Source: Patescibacteria group bacterium (lineage in GTDB: Bacteria; Patescibacteriota; Minisyncoccia; Phycocordibacterales; UBA9973). From it: a stretch of DNA of 64,000 bases. Every line of letters begins with the position of its first letter. Within the stretch, counting starts at the first letter, position 1. Made by a program: the position numbers and the translations under genes. The notes under the pieces are model-generated. The model worked only from the letters and a program-made list of their open reading frames with translations, was not told the DNA's origin and made no database searches. Shown here one piece after another: positions 45,112 to 55,129 of the stretch. Location of the stretch: the NCBI GenBank assembly GCA_040388575.1, contig JAZKBO010000002.1, positions 95,942 to 159,941 of the forward strand. The letters are read 5' to 3'.

Positions 45112-46890
45112 TTATACCAACGGTAGGGTGAAAAAGAAAGTACTACCCACGCCTATCTTAGAAACAACCCCGATATGGCCATTATGCTCATCTATAACGC
45201 CCTTAGCTATAACCAGACCCAAGCCAGTACCCTTTTGCTTCTTCGGTACAGCATTCTTGGTATCAAGTTGTCGGAACTTACTGAAAATCGCGCCAATATT
45301 CTCTTCTTCAATACCTATGCCCGAATCCGAGACCATCACCACTAAGCACGAGTTCTTATCATCACCGGTAATCTTAGTTGGAAACGGAACTCCAGAATTA
45401 TAGCCGGCAGCCTTAGCTTCCTCTTCCATATTGCCGCCACCTTTATGTAAATAAGTTACTACTTTAACTTCCCCTTTTTCATTGGTATATTTAATAGCGT
45501 TGGAAAGGAGGTTATTGAGGACATGCTCGATACCCTCCTGGTCAAACATAACTTTTTCGGGAATATCTTTAGCGAATGAGGAAGTAAGTGTCACATTGGA
45601 GTCCTTAGCCAGGAAGGAATAGAAGTCTACCCTTTCATTAATGACCTTTGATATATCGCCTTCTTGTTTCTTAATTACAAATTTACCTGATTCAATTTTT
45701 GCAACATCTAAAATATCATTTACCAGCTCCAGCATATTAGATGAGTTCTTGTGGATAAGCTCGATGTATTCATCATGGCCCTTGTTGTCTAGGACAATAG
45801 TTTTATTTTTCAAAACTTCACTGATTTTTTTAATACCATCGAGCGGTGAGCGTAGCTCGTGCACCAACATAGAGGTAAAGTCTTTACGCAATGTCTCCAC
45901 TTCCACCTCGGATGTTACATCGTGCAGGATCACCACCCCACCATGCACTACTTCCTGGCCAAGAATTGTTTGGTTTTTAACAGGAGATACGAAAATTTGA
46001 TAAAATCTTTCTCCGAGTAAAATTCTTTCCGAAACATATTCCTTTTTTAGTTTAACTGACTCCTCGAGGCGCCCACGAATATCAAACTTTCCCCCCAGGT
46101 TATCGATGAAGTCAAATATTGTGACGTCCTTTTTATCCGGCATTTTTATTGCCTTTTTTGCTGCGGGGTTGATAACTAGGATACGATAATCCAGGTCAGT
46201 CATGAAGATACCGTCGGCCATACTCTCCACCATCGCGTTAAGCTTACCTTGCTCTGTCGCCACAACTTCCTGAAGCTTAGTAACAGCTTGGGAAGCTTGG
46301 TTGGTAATCTTATACAATATTGTCATCTGGTCCTCCTTATATAGCCCGACCTGCGTGTCAGCAACCGTGAGGACTCCCACTACCTTACCAGCGATAACTA
46401 GCGGAATGTTGAAGAAGGAGCGCACTGGCTCCTGAACCTCCTCGATAAGAATTGCTCCAGAAATAAGTTCCTCAACTTGCTCCTTGGTAAATTCTTTATC
46501 CAAGAGCGCCGAGAGTGACTTGAGCATTCTGTCTCTAACTTCATCTAGGAATCCACGATGTACCGAGCGCTCGAGGTGAACCTTGAATAGAACCTTCTCC
46601 GGCTCGATAAGCATGTATGACACCGCAGAATAGGCTATAAATTGATGCAGTGATCCGGTAATAACGTCAATAATCTGGTGAATATCCAGCGAGTAGCCGA
46701 CTCTATCACCGAGCTCCTTTAAGATCGCAAGCTCGTACATCTTACTATCCGTCTCCTTCTCCTTGTCTACGATACTGGCAGCTTTGTCAGAAATGTTTTT
46801 ACTTAATTCCCGACTGCGCAAGAAAAAAAGCACCGCCACGAATAATGAGGCAACCGAAATTATTAGAGATAGTATTAATGATGTACTCAT
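45112..46890 (-). CDS. Sensor histidine kinase (N-terminal TM, GAF/PAS-like sensor, HisKA + HATPase_c)
   Basis: H-box HELRSPLDGI, N box NLLSNAIKYT, G boxes DSGIGI and GTGLGL. Confidence 0.85.
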   Translation of the reverse strand: MSTSLILSLIISVASLFVAVLFFLRSRELSKNISDKAASIVDKEKETDSKMYELAILKELGDRVGYSLDIHQIIDVITGSLHQFIAYSAVSYMLIEPEKVLFKVHLERSVHRGFLDEVRDRMLKSLSALLDKEFTKEQVEELISGAILIEEVQEPVRSFFNIPLVIAGKVVGVLTVADTQVGLYKEDQMTILYKITNQASQAVTKLQEVVATEQGKLNAMVESMADGIFMTDLDYRILVINPAAKKAIKMPDKKDVTIFDFIDNLGGKFDIRGRLEESVKLKKEYVSERILLGERFYQIFVSPVKNQTILGQEVVHGGVVILHDVTSEVEVETLRKDFTSMLVHELRSPLDGIKKISEVLKNKTIVLDNKGHDEYIELIHKNSSNMLELVNDILDVAKIESGKFVIKKQEGDISKVINERVDFYSFLAKDSNVTLTSSFAKDIPEKVMFDQEGIEHVLNNLLSNAIKYTNEKGEVKVVTYLHKGGGNMEEEAKAAGYNSGVPFPTKITGDDKNSCLVVMVSDSGIGIEEENIGAIFSKFRQLDTKNAVPKKQKGTGLGLVIAKGVIDEHNGHIGVVSKIGVGSTFFFTLPLV

Positions 46891-46911
46891 AGCGCACTAA
46901 CCACAGTGCTG

Positions 46912-47637
46912 CTATGCTTTTGCGAAAGCTTTCAAGCGCAATGCAGCAAAAATAACACAAATTGCAGCAATAGTTAGGAATATCTTTTCGACACCCTCAC
47001 CCACTTGTGGGGTAACAATTATAACTTTCCAACTTTCATTTAATAGTTCCCAAAGGTGTTGAAGTGCAACTGCCCAAACTGCAATGATCATTGGGCTAGC
47101 AATAGCGCGGCCAATTTGACCTAGGAAAATTTTAGCACTAAATACGTACGCACCTACAATACCAGCAAAGATGAAAGCTATGAAGTGATGTAGCCCAAGC
47201 TCACCAAGGCGAGAGGAAGTATACATATTTACCCAAGATTCCGCGTAATTTGGGATTATAAAAATAATTACAAGTAGAACTGCGGAAATTATACCCCATG
47301 TCTTGCCAGCATTGGCAGCAACTGGAGTGCTAGCATCGGCACTTGCGAGACCGGCTAACTTCTTGAATCCAATATAGTACGAAAACATCGCCATATAGAA
47401 CATAAGGTGCCACCAAATGTCAGGAGATTCATCTGAAATACTATAGACACCAGATGCAGCCATCTTCTGGAAAATTGTAATGAAGAAGAAGGTTCCGGTA
47501 CCGATGAACAAATAAGTAAGGACAGTTTTTAAGCCTGACTGGGAGGACTTGCGCATTGCATTGAACGTGACCAAGCTAGCAATAAGAAAACCAATTGAGG
47601 ATACGTAATAACCAAGACTAATTAATGTGTCTGTCAT
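46912..47637 (-). CDS. Polytopic membrane protein (~7 TM) co-transcribed with the two-component system
   Basis: Hydrophobicity pattern only. Tight spacing to the HK gene. Confidence 0.4.
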   Translation of the reverse strand: MTDTLISLGYYVSSIGFLIASLVTFNAMRKSSQSGLKTVLTYLFIGTGTFFFITIFQKMAASGVYSISDESPDIWWHLMFYMAMFSYYIGFKKLAGLASADASTPVAANAGKTWGIISAVLLVIIFIIPNYAESWVNMYTSSRLGELGLHHFIAFIFAGIVGAYVFSAKIFLGQIGRAIASPMIIAVWAVALQHLWELLNESWKVIIVTPQVGEGVEKIFLTIAAICVIFAALRLKAFAKA

Positions 47638-47645
47638 AGAATTAT

Positions 47646-47918
47646 TTATTGATTAATGTTTATATTAGGATACTTAGCAAAAATTGAACCGAGAGCGTTT
47701 TTAACAATTTGACCAGAGAGCTCAACATATTGATCGACCAAACTTTGCAATGTTTCCTTTGGATTTGGGCCAACACCAGTGACCTTGCCGTCATTGTCTA
47801 CCATAAGGCCCTGAACACTGCGTGCCTTAAGGACAGCAATCTCCGGTCCAAGAATAATCGACTGCTTCTTAATGATTTCACTAATAAGAGCACCGTACTG
47901 TTCATTATCTTCAGCCAT
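47646..47918 (-). CDS. Hypothetical small protein (90 aa)
   Basis: ORF with good coding look and no motif. First gene of the TCS cluster. Confidence 0.35.
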   Translation of the reverse strand: MAEDNEQYGALISEIIKKQSIILGPEIAVLKARSVQGLMVDNDGKVTGVGPNPKETLQSLVDQYVELSGQIVKNALGSIFAKYPNININQ

Positions 47919-47991
47919 AAATATATATTCATTAATCCCAATACAAATCTGGGACTTCTATTAATGGATATATTATAGCAACAAAGGAAAA

Positions 47992-48020
47992 GCCCCGCTA
48001 GCGCGGGGCCTGTAAAATGT
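47992..48020 (-). terminator. Rho-independent terminator (GCCCCGC-TAGC-GCGGGGC then U-rich on minus strand)
   Basis: 7-bp GC stem. On the minus strand it is followed by TTTTCCTTT. It lies about 5-30 nt downstream of the rpmG stop. Confidence 0.55.
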
Positions 48021-48023
48021 GGA

Positions 48024-48188
48024 TTACCCAGTCATTTTAGCTTCCTTGTGCTTGGTCTTCTTCTTGCACCACTTGCAATACTTTAAAAGCTCGATCTTTT
48101 TAGTGACGAGTTTCTTGTTTTTACTTGTGTAATAGTTGGCGTGCTTGCAGACGCTGCATTTAAGCCTTAAAAGTCTATCTTGTGACAT
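48024..48188 (-). CDS. rpmG: 50S ribosomal protein L33 (Zn-ribbon type)
   Basis: Hand-translated 54-aa ORF MSQDRLLRLKCSVCKHANYYTSKNKKLVTKKIELLKYCKWCKKKTKHKEAKMTG. It carries the C-x2-C...C-x2-C L33 pattern and the 'NYxTxKNK' block. It is below the ORF-track cutoff. Confidence 0.8.
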   Translation of the reverse strand: MSQDRLLRLKCSVCKHANYYTSKNKKLVTKKIELLKYCKWCKKKTKHKEAKMTG

Positions 48189-48201
48189 GGACTAGATACT
48201 A

Positions 48202-49362
48202 TCAGTTTATTATACGTTTGACAAGTGGGTTAATTCTATAAAATCTCTTTATTATTGGGTTAATTCGGGTGACTATTTCGTAATTAATCGTGTCAGAATC
48301 CTGGGCCATCATGTCAGCTTCAGCATAGTGGCCGTGGTCACCTCCTATTATGGCTACTTCGTCCCCCACTTTAGCCCTTACATCAGTAAGGTCTATCACA
48401 ATCATGTCCATCGATACTCGGCCAATGATCTTGACTGTTTTGCCAGCAACATTAAATACTCCTTTGCTTGAAAGTAGCCTAGGATAACCGTGCCAGTAGC
48501 CCACCGGTACAACTCCTAGCACTGAATTACGCTTGAGCTTTTCAGTTAGGTCGTAACCAATCTCTGCGCCTTTGGGTAGTGATTTAATTTCAGTGATTAT
48601 AGCTTTCCAGGAGAGTACTGGGTGAAGTGTATATTTATTTTCAAAAGCTTCCTTGGTTTCACTCGATGACCAGAGGCCGTACATGCCGATACCAACACGC
48701 ACCATGTCGTAATGCAATTCCGGAAAGAACATTGTGGATGAACTCGCGCAGATGTGAAGAAGTGGAGTAAAACCATTTATATTAAACTCCCTCTCCCAGA
48801 GCTCAAGCCTTTCAGCTTGCAACATTGTATATTCTCGGCCTTCCGATGCTTCGCCGACTGCCAAGTGGCTATATAGGCCTTCCACAATTACCCCCTTATT
48901 TTTCCTTAGAAATTCAATGACTCTCTTCATGTCGCTCATTAAAAATCCCTGCCTGCCCAGGCCGGTGTCTACCTTGATGTGAATTTTTATTCCTTTGATA
49001 TTTTTAAGCGCGTGTAAGGCCTCGAAGTTGGAAATAGTTATAGAAACATTCTTTTTCAGAGCCTCCTTGTAATACGCAGGTGATACGTAGCCAAAAACCA
49101 TGATTCTTGTCTTAATTCCGACGGCTCGCAATTCTTGAGCTTCCTCAAATGAATCCACCCCAAGAAAATTCACCCCGCACTTCACTACTTCCTTTGAAAA
49201 CTCTATTAGCCCGTGACCATAGGCGTTAGACTTGACCACTGCCATTAGGATACAGTCTTTGGGAATAATACTTTTGAAAGTTTGGTAATTTTTTGCAATC
49301 GCAGCACGATCCAGCTCCACCCAGGTGCGTAATTTAGTTTTTTCTACTTGAGTGAGTTTCAT
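48202..49362 (-). CDS. alr: Alanine racemase
   Basis: PLP-lysine motif VVKSNAYGHG and an overall Alr fold. Confidence 0.85.
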   Translation of the reverse strand: MKLTQVEKTKLRTWVELDRAAIAKNYQTFKSIIPKDCILMAVVKSNAYGHGLIEFSKEVVKCGVNFLGVDSFEEAQELRAVGIKTRIMVFGYVSPAYYKEALKKNVSITISNFEALHALKNIKGIKIHIKVDTGLGRQGFLMSDMKRVIEFLRKNKGVIVEGLYSHLAVGEASEGREYTMLQAERLELWEREFNINGFTPLLHICASSSTMFFPELHYDMVRVGIGMYGLWSSSETKEAFENKYTLHPVLSWKAIITEIKSLPKGAEIGYDLTEKLKRNSVLGVVPVGYWHGYPRLLSSKGVFNVAGKTVKIIGRVSMDMIVIDLTDVRAKVGDEVAIIGGDHGHYAEADMMAQDSDTINYEIVTRINPIIKRFYRINPLVKRIIN

Positions 49363-50330
49363 ATAGTGCTTTGAAGTTTAGCTTCCCCCTTATGCCTTTG
49401 CATTGCAAGGTGAATTAATTTATCCAGAAGAACAGTTGTGGGCACCCCGCTAGCTTCCCAGAGCTTAGGATACATGCTAATTCCTGTAAAGCCTGGGATG
49501 GTATTAATTTCATTCACAAAAATTTGCCCGCTTGGTGTGAGGAAAAAGTCTACTCGGCTCATACCTTCACATTCTAGAACTTGGAATACTTTTATGGCCA
49601 TTACTTGGATTTTCTTTTTAATATTTTCGGGCAATTTCACTTTCACTAAAGTCTTAGAATCATCAACATACTTGGCATCATAAGAATAAAAGTCTCCAAC
49701 AGGAATAATTTCACCCAGTACTGATGCCTTTGGCTTGTCATTACCTAGAACAGCACATTCAATTTCTCTACCCTTTATATTTTTTTCAATAACTATTTTT
49801 GTATCAAACTTAAACGCAAGCTTAACTGCTTTGTCGAAATCCTTTTTACCTTTAACTTTACTTATACCTACTGATGAGCCCATATTAGCGGGCTTAATGA
49901 AAAGCGGCAAACCGAGTTCCTTTTTTACTTTATCGAAATTCATTTTCTCACCGGAGCGTACAGTTATAAATTTACCGATAGGTACCTTAGCATCTCGCAG
50001 TAACCTCTTCATTACATCCTTATCCATTCCAACTGCAGAGCCGAGTACTCCGGGGCCCACAAATGGCACGCCTGCTAGCTTGAGCAGCCCCTGCATACTA
50101 CCATCCTCGCCAAATGGACCGTGTAAAACAGGAAAAACTACGTCAAGCTTCTTCAATGGTTCAAAATTAAAATTTCCTTCCTTGCCTATTTTTATTGGGG
50201 TAACTTTGTATTTATTCTTATTCAGGGCACTAATAACATTGCGCGCGGAAACCACCGACACATCATGCTCAGCTGATTTTCCGCCAAAAAGGACCCCTAT
50301 ACTTATTTTCCTTGGCTTTTTCCTTGCCAT
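49359..50330 (-). CDS. ddl: D-alanine--D-alanine ligase
   Basis: ISIGVLFGGKSAEHDVSVVSA start and ATP-grasp motifs. Adjacent to alr. Confidence 0.9.
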   Translation of the reverse strand: MARKKPRKISIGVLFGGKSAEHDVSVVSARNVISALNKNKYKVTPIKIGKEGNFNFEPLKKLDVVFPVLHGPFGEDGSMQGLLKLAGVPFVGPGVLGSAVGMDKDVMKRLLRDAKVPIGKFITVRSGEKMNFDKVKKELGLPLFIKPANMGSSVGISKVKGKKDFDKAVKLAFKFDTKIVIEKNIKGREIECAVLGNDKPKASVLGEIIPVGDFYSYDAKYVDDSKTLVKVKLPENIKKKIQVMAIKVFQVLECEGMSRVDFFLTPSGQIFVNEINTIPGFTGISMYPKLWEASGVPTTVLLDKLIHLAMQRHKGEAKLQSTI

Positions 50331-51055
50331 GGAGAGAGTGTAGCACTTTTCAAATCTTTAGGCACATTGCTCAGGTTTTTGCAGCCTTTAGTAGTTATCA
50401 GCACCATATCCTCAATTCGGACGCCACCAAAACCTTTGAAGTATAGCCCAGGTTCAACTGTCATTACACAATTTATCGGCAATATATCCTTACTCTTAGG
50501 CTTAAAGTTGGGCCACTCATGGATGACAGTGCCCACGCCATGACCAAGGCCATGCTTAAAATTATTTTTAAAAATTCTCGCTAGAAATCCCCGGGGAGCT
50601 TTATCTACTATTACTGCTCGCCTTTCACCTTTTATTAATTTCTGAAGTGCAATTTCTTGCGCCTTTAATACTGCCAAATAAACCTTCTTTTGCCTCGCAC
50701 TCGGCTGCCCCCAAAAATATGTGCGGCTCATGTCGGAACAATAATGGTTCACAGTGGTGCCAAAATCGAACATTATTATGTCACCAACTTTTAATTTACT
50801 TTTTCCTGGCTCATGGTGTATGTTTGCACTATTTTTACCAAATGAAACAATTGGTGGAAATGATAGAATTGGTGCGCTGAGCCTAATAAATTCTTTTTTG
50901 ATTAAATTAGCAACTTCCACTTCTGTAACCCCAGTTCGTAGTTTTGTTAAAATAAGTTGCAACACCTTCTCACTTATCCTTTGCGCTTTTACAATACTAG
51001 CTATCTCAAGCTCACTCTTCTGTGCTCTGACCTCATGAATTAGTTTCGTTTTCAT
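50303..51055 (-). CDS. map: Methionine aminopeptidase type I
   Basis: Metal-ligand blocks (D..D, HGLGHGVG, VEPG) within a 250-aa pita-bread fold. Confidence 0.85.
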   Translation of the reverse strand: MKTKLIHEVRAQKSELEIASIVKAQRISEKVLQLILTKLRTGVTEVEVANLIKKEFIRLSAPILSFPPIVSFGKNSANIHHEPGKSKLKVGDIIMFDFGTTVNHYCSDMSRTYFWGQPSARQKKVYLAVLKAQEIALQKLIKGERRAVIVDKAPRGFLARIFKNNFKHGLGHGVGTVIHEWPNFKPKSKDILPINCVMTVEPGLYFKGFGGVRIEDMVLITTKGCKNLSNVPKDLKSATLSPWQGKSQGK

Positions 51056-51056
51056 T

Positions 51057-51710
51057 TCATTTCATTTCAAAATTATCTGGTTTTTTAAAGTTTTTTCTAC
51101 TGTCTGGACTTGCTAGACTGGAAGTTTGAACTTCAAAATGATTCCTAAGTACATCAATCGTTCTACCAACACAGCCTTCTAAATCACCAGTAGTATTTAG
51201 AGGATCTGTCCATAAATTCATTCCACCAACAATTATTCTCTTTACTCCAAGCGTTTTTAGCTTTTCAATGAAAAGTGCCCACTCCTGCCCCTCAGTTTCA
51301 GGAGAACTACCAAAATAAGGTAACGGATCTGCTGGATGGGTCTCAACGAGATAAATTTGATTACTAGCTTTTTTTAGAATGGGCTCAATAATATGCTTAG
51401 TCCTATTCACCATATCATAACTTTCAAATAATATAGTTGGGGTTTGGGACTTAGTTTTTAAAATTTTTTCGAATCCTCTTTCTACTGTTGGTATTCTTTC
51501 TAGATGATAATATTCTAAAACATCTGGATCATCCATCTTTTTTTGAGCAATATAATAAGGGTGAACCATTATCCTAACTATGCCGTTATTTTTTTCAATA
51601 CGGTCCTTAAGTTCAAGCGTTTCTTGAGGTGTGAGGCTGAAAATTTTTTGAACAGGATTCTCTTTAATCTTTTCTGAATTTAAATTTGAATCAGGACTGA
51701 ATTCTGGCAT
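51057..51710 (-). CDS. Hypothetical protein (217 aa)
   Basis: ORF only; conserved-looking, but no motif recognised. Confidence 0.3.
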   Translation of the reverse strand: MPEFSPDSNLNSEKIKENPVQKIFSLTPQETLELKDRIEKNNGIVRIMVHPYYIAQKKMDDPDVLEYYHLERIPTVERGFEKILKTKSQTPTILFESYDMVNRTKHIIEPILKKASNQIYLVETHPADPLPYFGSSPETEGQEWALFIEKLKTLGVKRIIVGGMNLWTDPLNTTGDLEGCVGRTIDVLRNHFEVQTSSLASPDSRKNFKKPDNFEMK

Positions 51711-51719
51711 AGAATTTAT

Positions 51720-52841
51720 TTAAATTAACCTAACAATATCGTGATATGTAACTAACACCATGAGGAGAATTAAAATACCGAAGCCGATAGTGTTGGCCAT
51801 GTTGGCAAACTTTGGATTGATTGCAGAGCCTTTAATTTTTTCGATGAGTAGAAAGAACAACCGCCCACCGTCGAGAGCCGGAAATGGTATAAGGTTGATG
51901 ATACCGAGGTTGACGGAGATAAGTGCTGCGAAGGAAAGGAGGTACGCAAAGCCGAAGTCATAGGCGTCCCCCACAATACCCACCATTCCTACCGGCCCAG
52001 TAATGCCCGCTAGGCTACCGTGGCCCATTATAGCCTCTGCAATAAGCGTATAAAGCCCTACAGCGGTGTCTTTTATCACAGATAGTGTTAGTAGCAATCC
52101 TTCCTTAAGAGCCACAAAAAAGGGCAATTTGGCCGTGCCTATTTGGTCCATAGATATGCCTATCATTGGCTTATGATCCACCACTCCTGGCGCTGGGGTC
52201 ATGTCAGTAAATTTAACATCCTGGCTCCTACCACGAGTAAAGCCTATCTCAATTTCTTTATCTGAATGCGCTCCAACGAAAGCCTTAACACTCTCTGGAG
52301 TAATGTCTTCTAGATTTTCATTATTCTCACCAATATCAGTAGATAGGCTGGAAACCGATACAATTGCGTCCCCAAGTTTTAATCCTGCTTTAGCAGCTGG
52401 AGAGTCGGGCAATACAGAAACAATTAATAAATTCACATCATCAAGTTCATAACCAGGTAAGTTGCTGCCGACAGATGTAGGCACTCCGGACATAAGCCCA
52501 ATAGAAAATAGGAGCCAGGCCAGGAGGAAGTTCATTACCACACCCGCCACTAACACAATTGCTTGCTTCCACTTTGCTTTACCTATTAATGCCCTAGCAC
52601 TATCTGGACCACTCATAGATTCATCATCAGGACTTTCGCCGAAAATTTTAACAAAGCCACCGATAGGGAAAAGGTTAAAGGTGTATTCTGTCTCCCCTTT
52701 TTTAAATCCAAAAAGTCGTGGTGGGAAGCCGAAGCCGAATTCATCTACTCGCATACCGAAAAGTTTGGCCGTAAAAAAATGCCCGAACTCATGGACTAGA
52801 ACCAAAACTAAAAGAATTATTATAAATATAACTATACTCAT
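51720..52841 (-). CDS. rseP: Site-2 (RIP) zinc metalloprotease RseP with PDZ
   Basis: HEFGHFFTAK (HExxH) in TM1, PDZ segment, C-terminal LDGG motif (NLIPFPALDGG). Confidence 0.85.
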   Translation of the reverse strand: MSIVIFIIILLVLVLVHEFGHFFTAKLFGMRVDEFGFGFPPRLFGFKKGETEYTFNLFPIGGFVKIFGESPDDESMSGPDSARALIGKAKWKQAIVLVAGVVMNFLLAWLLFSIGLMSGVPTSVGSNLPGYELDDVNLLIVSVLPDSPAAKAGLKLGDAIVSVSSLSTDIGENNENLEDITPESVKAFVGAHSDKEIEIGFTRGRSQDVKFTDMTPAPGVVDHKPMIGISMDQIGTAKLPFFVALKEGLLLTLSVIKDTAVGLYTLIAEAIMGHGSLAGITGPVGMVGIVGDAYDFGFAYLLSFAALISVNLGIINLIPFPALDGGRLFFLLIEKIKGSAINPKFANMANTIGFGILILLMVLVTYHDIVRLI

Positions 52842-52847
52842 TTTATT

Positions 52848-53399
52848 TTATCCCATTACTTCCTTCTCCTTCTTTTCGAAAGTTGTTTCTAGGTTATTAT
52901 TTGTAGCATCTATTATTTTTTGCAATTCCTCTTTACCTCTGAATCTTTCGTCCTCTGTCATCTTGCCGAGTTTTTCTTGAGACTCGATATCCTTCAATAT
53001 CCTCTCGCGTTCATGACGGGCTGCAATCCTAGCGTCTTCTAGTTTTTGTTTTAAGGTTTTTACTAATGTTTGCCTTGTTTCCGTAGTTAATTGCGGAAAG
53101 ATAACTCGGATACCAAGGTCATCCGTAGCAACTGAAAGTCCTAGATTTGCAGCCACTATCGCCCGCTCAATATCCTTAACTTGATTTTTATCCCAAGGCG
53201 CGATGCGCAAGGTCTTCGGGTCTTCAATAGATACCGAAGCCACATTTTTAAGAGGCAAGAAAGCTCCATATGACTCTACATTTATACTGTCGAGAATTGA
53301 AGGTGACGCCCGGCCCACGTTCAGCTCGCGATATTCCTTACCTAAAAATTCTTCTACCTTTTTAAGTTCAATTTTAAGAATTGAAAAGTTATACTGCAT
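52848..53399 (-). CDS. frr: Ribosome recycling factor
   Basis: Conserved blocks ...IRVIFPQLTTETRQTLVK... and the helical arm; 183 aa. Confidence 0.9.
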   Translation of the reverse strand: MQYNFSILKIELKKVEEFLGKEYRELNVGRASPSILDSINVESYGAFLPLKNVASVSIEDPKTLRIAPWDKNQVKDIERAIVAANLGLSVATDDLGIRVIFPQLTTETRQTLVKTLKQKLEDARIAARHERERILKDIESQEKLGKMTEDERFRGKEELQKIIDATNNNLETTFEKKEKEVMG

Positions 53400-53406
53400 A
53401 CAACAA

Positions 53407-54078
53407 TTATAGCACAGGAATCATGATAGCTACAGACTCCATTAGGCTTTTAGTTGAGGAGCCGGGCATGCGGAGGAATTCACGAACTTTGAAAATATGA
53501 TGGTAGCAGGTCACACTGGAAAAATTTTGCAGTGTCTTGTGTAGACAACTTTCTATTGCATTTAAAAATTTGAGCGCCTTGGAGCGAGTACTATCAAGAG
53601 CCGGATTTTCCTCATCTTCATCTGCTTCAGTTAATAATTCTTTAATAAAATCTATTCGCCTCTGTAGAGGCATCTTGATAAATTCCTCGGCTTCTCTTAG
53701 TGGAGTTCCCTCCTTAGTCCTAATCAAATAGAATCGGGAGATGAAAGTTTTTAGGAGTGCACTCACATCCGGCACAATAAGAAAAAAGTGAGTATCCTCT
53801 ATCGGCTCCTCAAACATTTTAAGTAAGGTATTCTGCGCCTCAAGTAGGAAACTGTTTGCGGAAATTATAAATACTTTCTTTTTATCTGAATACCCTTTCT
53901 CTGCCCCGTAGGACTTCAAATTTCTCGCGTCATCAATTTTAAATGAATCTAGATTTATTTGCACCACCTCTTCATTTTGGATAAAAGCAATTAATTCGGG
54001 CACAACTTCATCCCGTGTCCCTTCTATTAAGTACGCATGGTGTAGATTATTTTTATTTATTTGTTCGCTAATTTTCAT
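53407..54078 (-). CDS. holB: DNA polymerase III delta'-like clamp-loader subunit (P-loop-less)
   Basis: HAYLIEG... / KKVFIISANSFLLEAQNTLLKMFEEP...FFLIV...ALLKTFISRF mirrors the delta' pattern (HAYLF.G / K.viI..A..m...AaNALLKtLEEP / TIrSRC). No GxxGxGK(T/S) motif. Confidence 0.6.
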   Translation of the reverse strand: MKISEQINKNNLHHAYLIEGTRDEVVPELIAFIQNEEVVQINLDSFKIDDARNLKSYGAEKGYSDKKKVFIISANSFLLEAQNTLLKMFEEPIEDTHFFLIVPDVSALLKTFISRFYLIRTKEGTPLREAEEFIKMPLQRRIDFIKELLTEADEDEENPALDSTRSKALKFLNAIESCLHKTLQNFSSVTCYHHIFKVREFLRMPGSSTKSLMESVAIMIPVL

Positions 54079-55092
54079 TTACTTCTTACTTAACACTGCC
54101 CTCTTATATACATCCAAGTGTTCGAGCGCAATACCAGTACCCTTGGCTACACAATAGAGCGCATCTTCCGCGAGGATTGCCTTGACCCCAGTTTTTCTAT
54201 AAACCAAATCTGGAAAATTACGCAAGAGTGAAGAGCCACCAGTCATAATAATTCCGTAGTCCATAATATCTGATGCAAGCTCGGGTGGAGTTTCCTGTAG
54301 TACATCTTTGATCGCCTTAATAATGTGGCGCAACTCACCATCAATAGCTTTAACTATCTCGTTAGTCCCGACTTGTGCAGAGCGTGGCAAGCCTTGGATA
54401 AAATCTCGGCCCTTTATAGTGACACGCAGTTCCTCATCTAACGCCACTGCAGCACCAATTTTAATTTTAACTTCCTCTGCTGTCCTATCACCTATCGCTA
54501 GGTTGAAAGTTTTCTTTATATAATCGGCTATGGCCTGGTCAATTTTATTTCCAGCGCATTTTACCGAGGTCGATGCCACAATACCCCCGAGTGAGATCAC
54601 CGCAACATCAGTCGTGCCGCCACCTATGTCAACAATCATGTACCCACGAGATTCATATATAGGTATTCCAGCTCCAATCGCAGCCAAAATAGGCTCCTTC
54701 ACAACGTACGCATTCTTGGCGCCCGCTTTGATTGCAGCCTCGACAACTGCACGGCGTTCAGTTGAAGTTACTCCAGCTGGGACAGATATCATCACGTCAG
54801 GTTTCCAGAGGTTGAAACGGCCCATGGCTTTATTTATAAAATATTTCAGCATGGCCTCCGTTACCCGGTAGTCCGCAATTACGCCGTCCTTCATTGGACA
54901 GTAAGTAATTATAGATTCTGGGGTCTTACCGATCATGTCTTTAGCAGCAAAGCCGATAGCTAGAATTTTGTTATCTTGTTCGGAAACGGCAACAACTGAA
55001 GGCTCGTTTAGAACGATGCCCTTGCCAGGTACGAAGACCAGGGTGTTTGCAGTACCCAGGTCAATGCCTAATTTCCTAGAAAATATGCCCAT
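54079..55092 (-). CDS. mreB: Rod-shape determining actin homolog MreB
   Basis: GIDLGTANTLV phosphate-1 motif, DIGGGTTD phosphate-2, 337 aa. Confidence 0.9.
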   Translation of the reverse strand: MGIFSRKLGIDLGTANTLVFVPGKGIVLNEPSVVAVSEQDNKILAIGFAAKDMIGKTPESIITYCPMKDGVIADYRVTEAMLKYFINKAMGRFNLWKPDVMISVPAGVTSTERRAVVEAAIKAGAKNAYVVKEPILAAIGAGIPIYESRGYMIVDIGGGTTDVAVISLGGIVASTSVKCAGNKIDQAIADYIKKTFNLAIGDRTAEEVKIKIGAAVALDEELRVTIKGRDFIQGLPRSAQVGTNEIVKAIDGELRHIIKAIKDVLQETPPELASDIMDYGIIMTGGSSLLRNFPDLVYRKTGVKAILAEDALYCVAKGTGIALEHLDVYKRAVLSKK

Positions 55093-55129
55093 ATAAAGTA
55101 ATATATCACATTTATGTTAGAATCCTAGG

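Noticed and set aside
49735-50343. 202-aa plus-strand ORF inside ddl
   Set aside because: It is antisense to ddl, and ddl has strong motif support.
51050-51068. Short tandem (TTTCA)x3 at the map/hypothetical-gene junction
   Set aside because: It is only a three-unit AT-rich microsatellite spanning a stop/start junction, so probably incidental.
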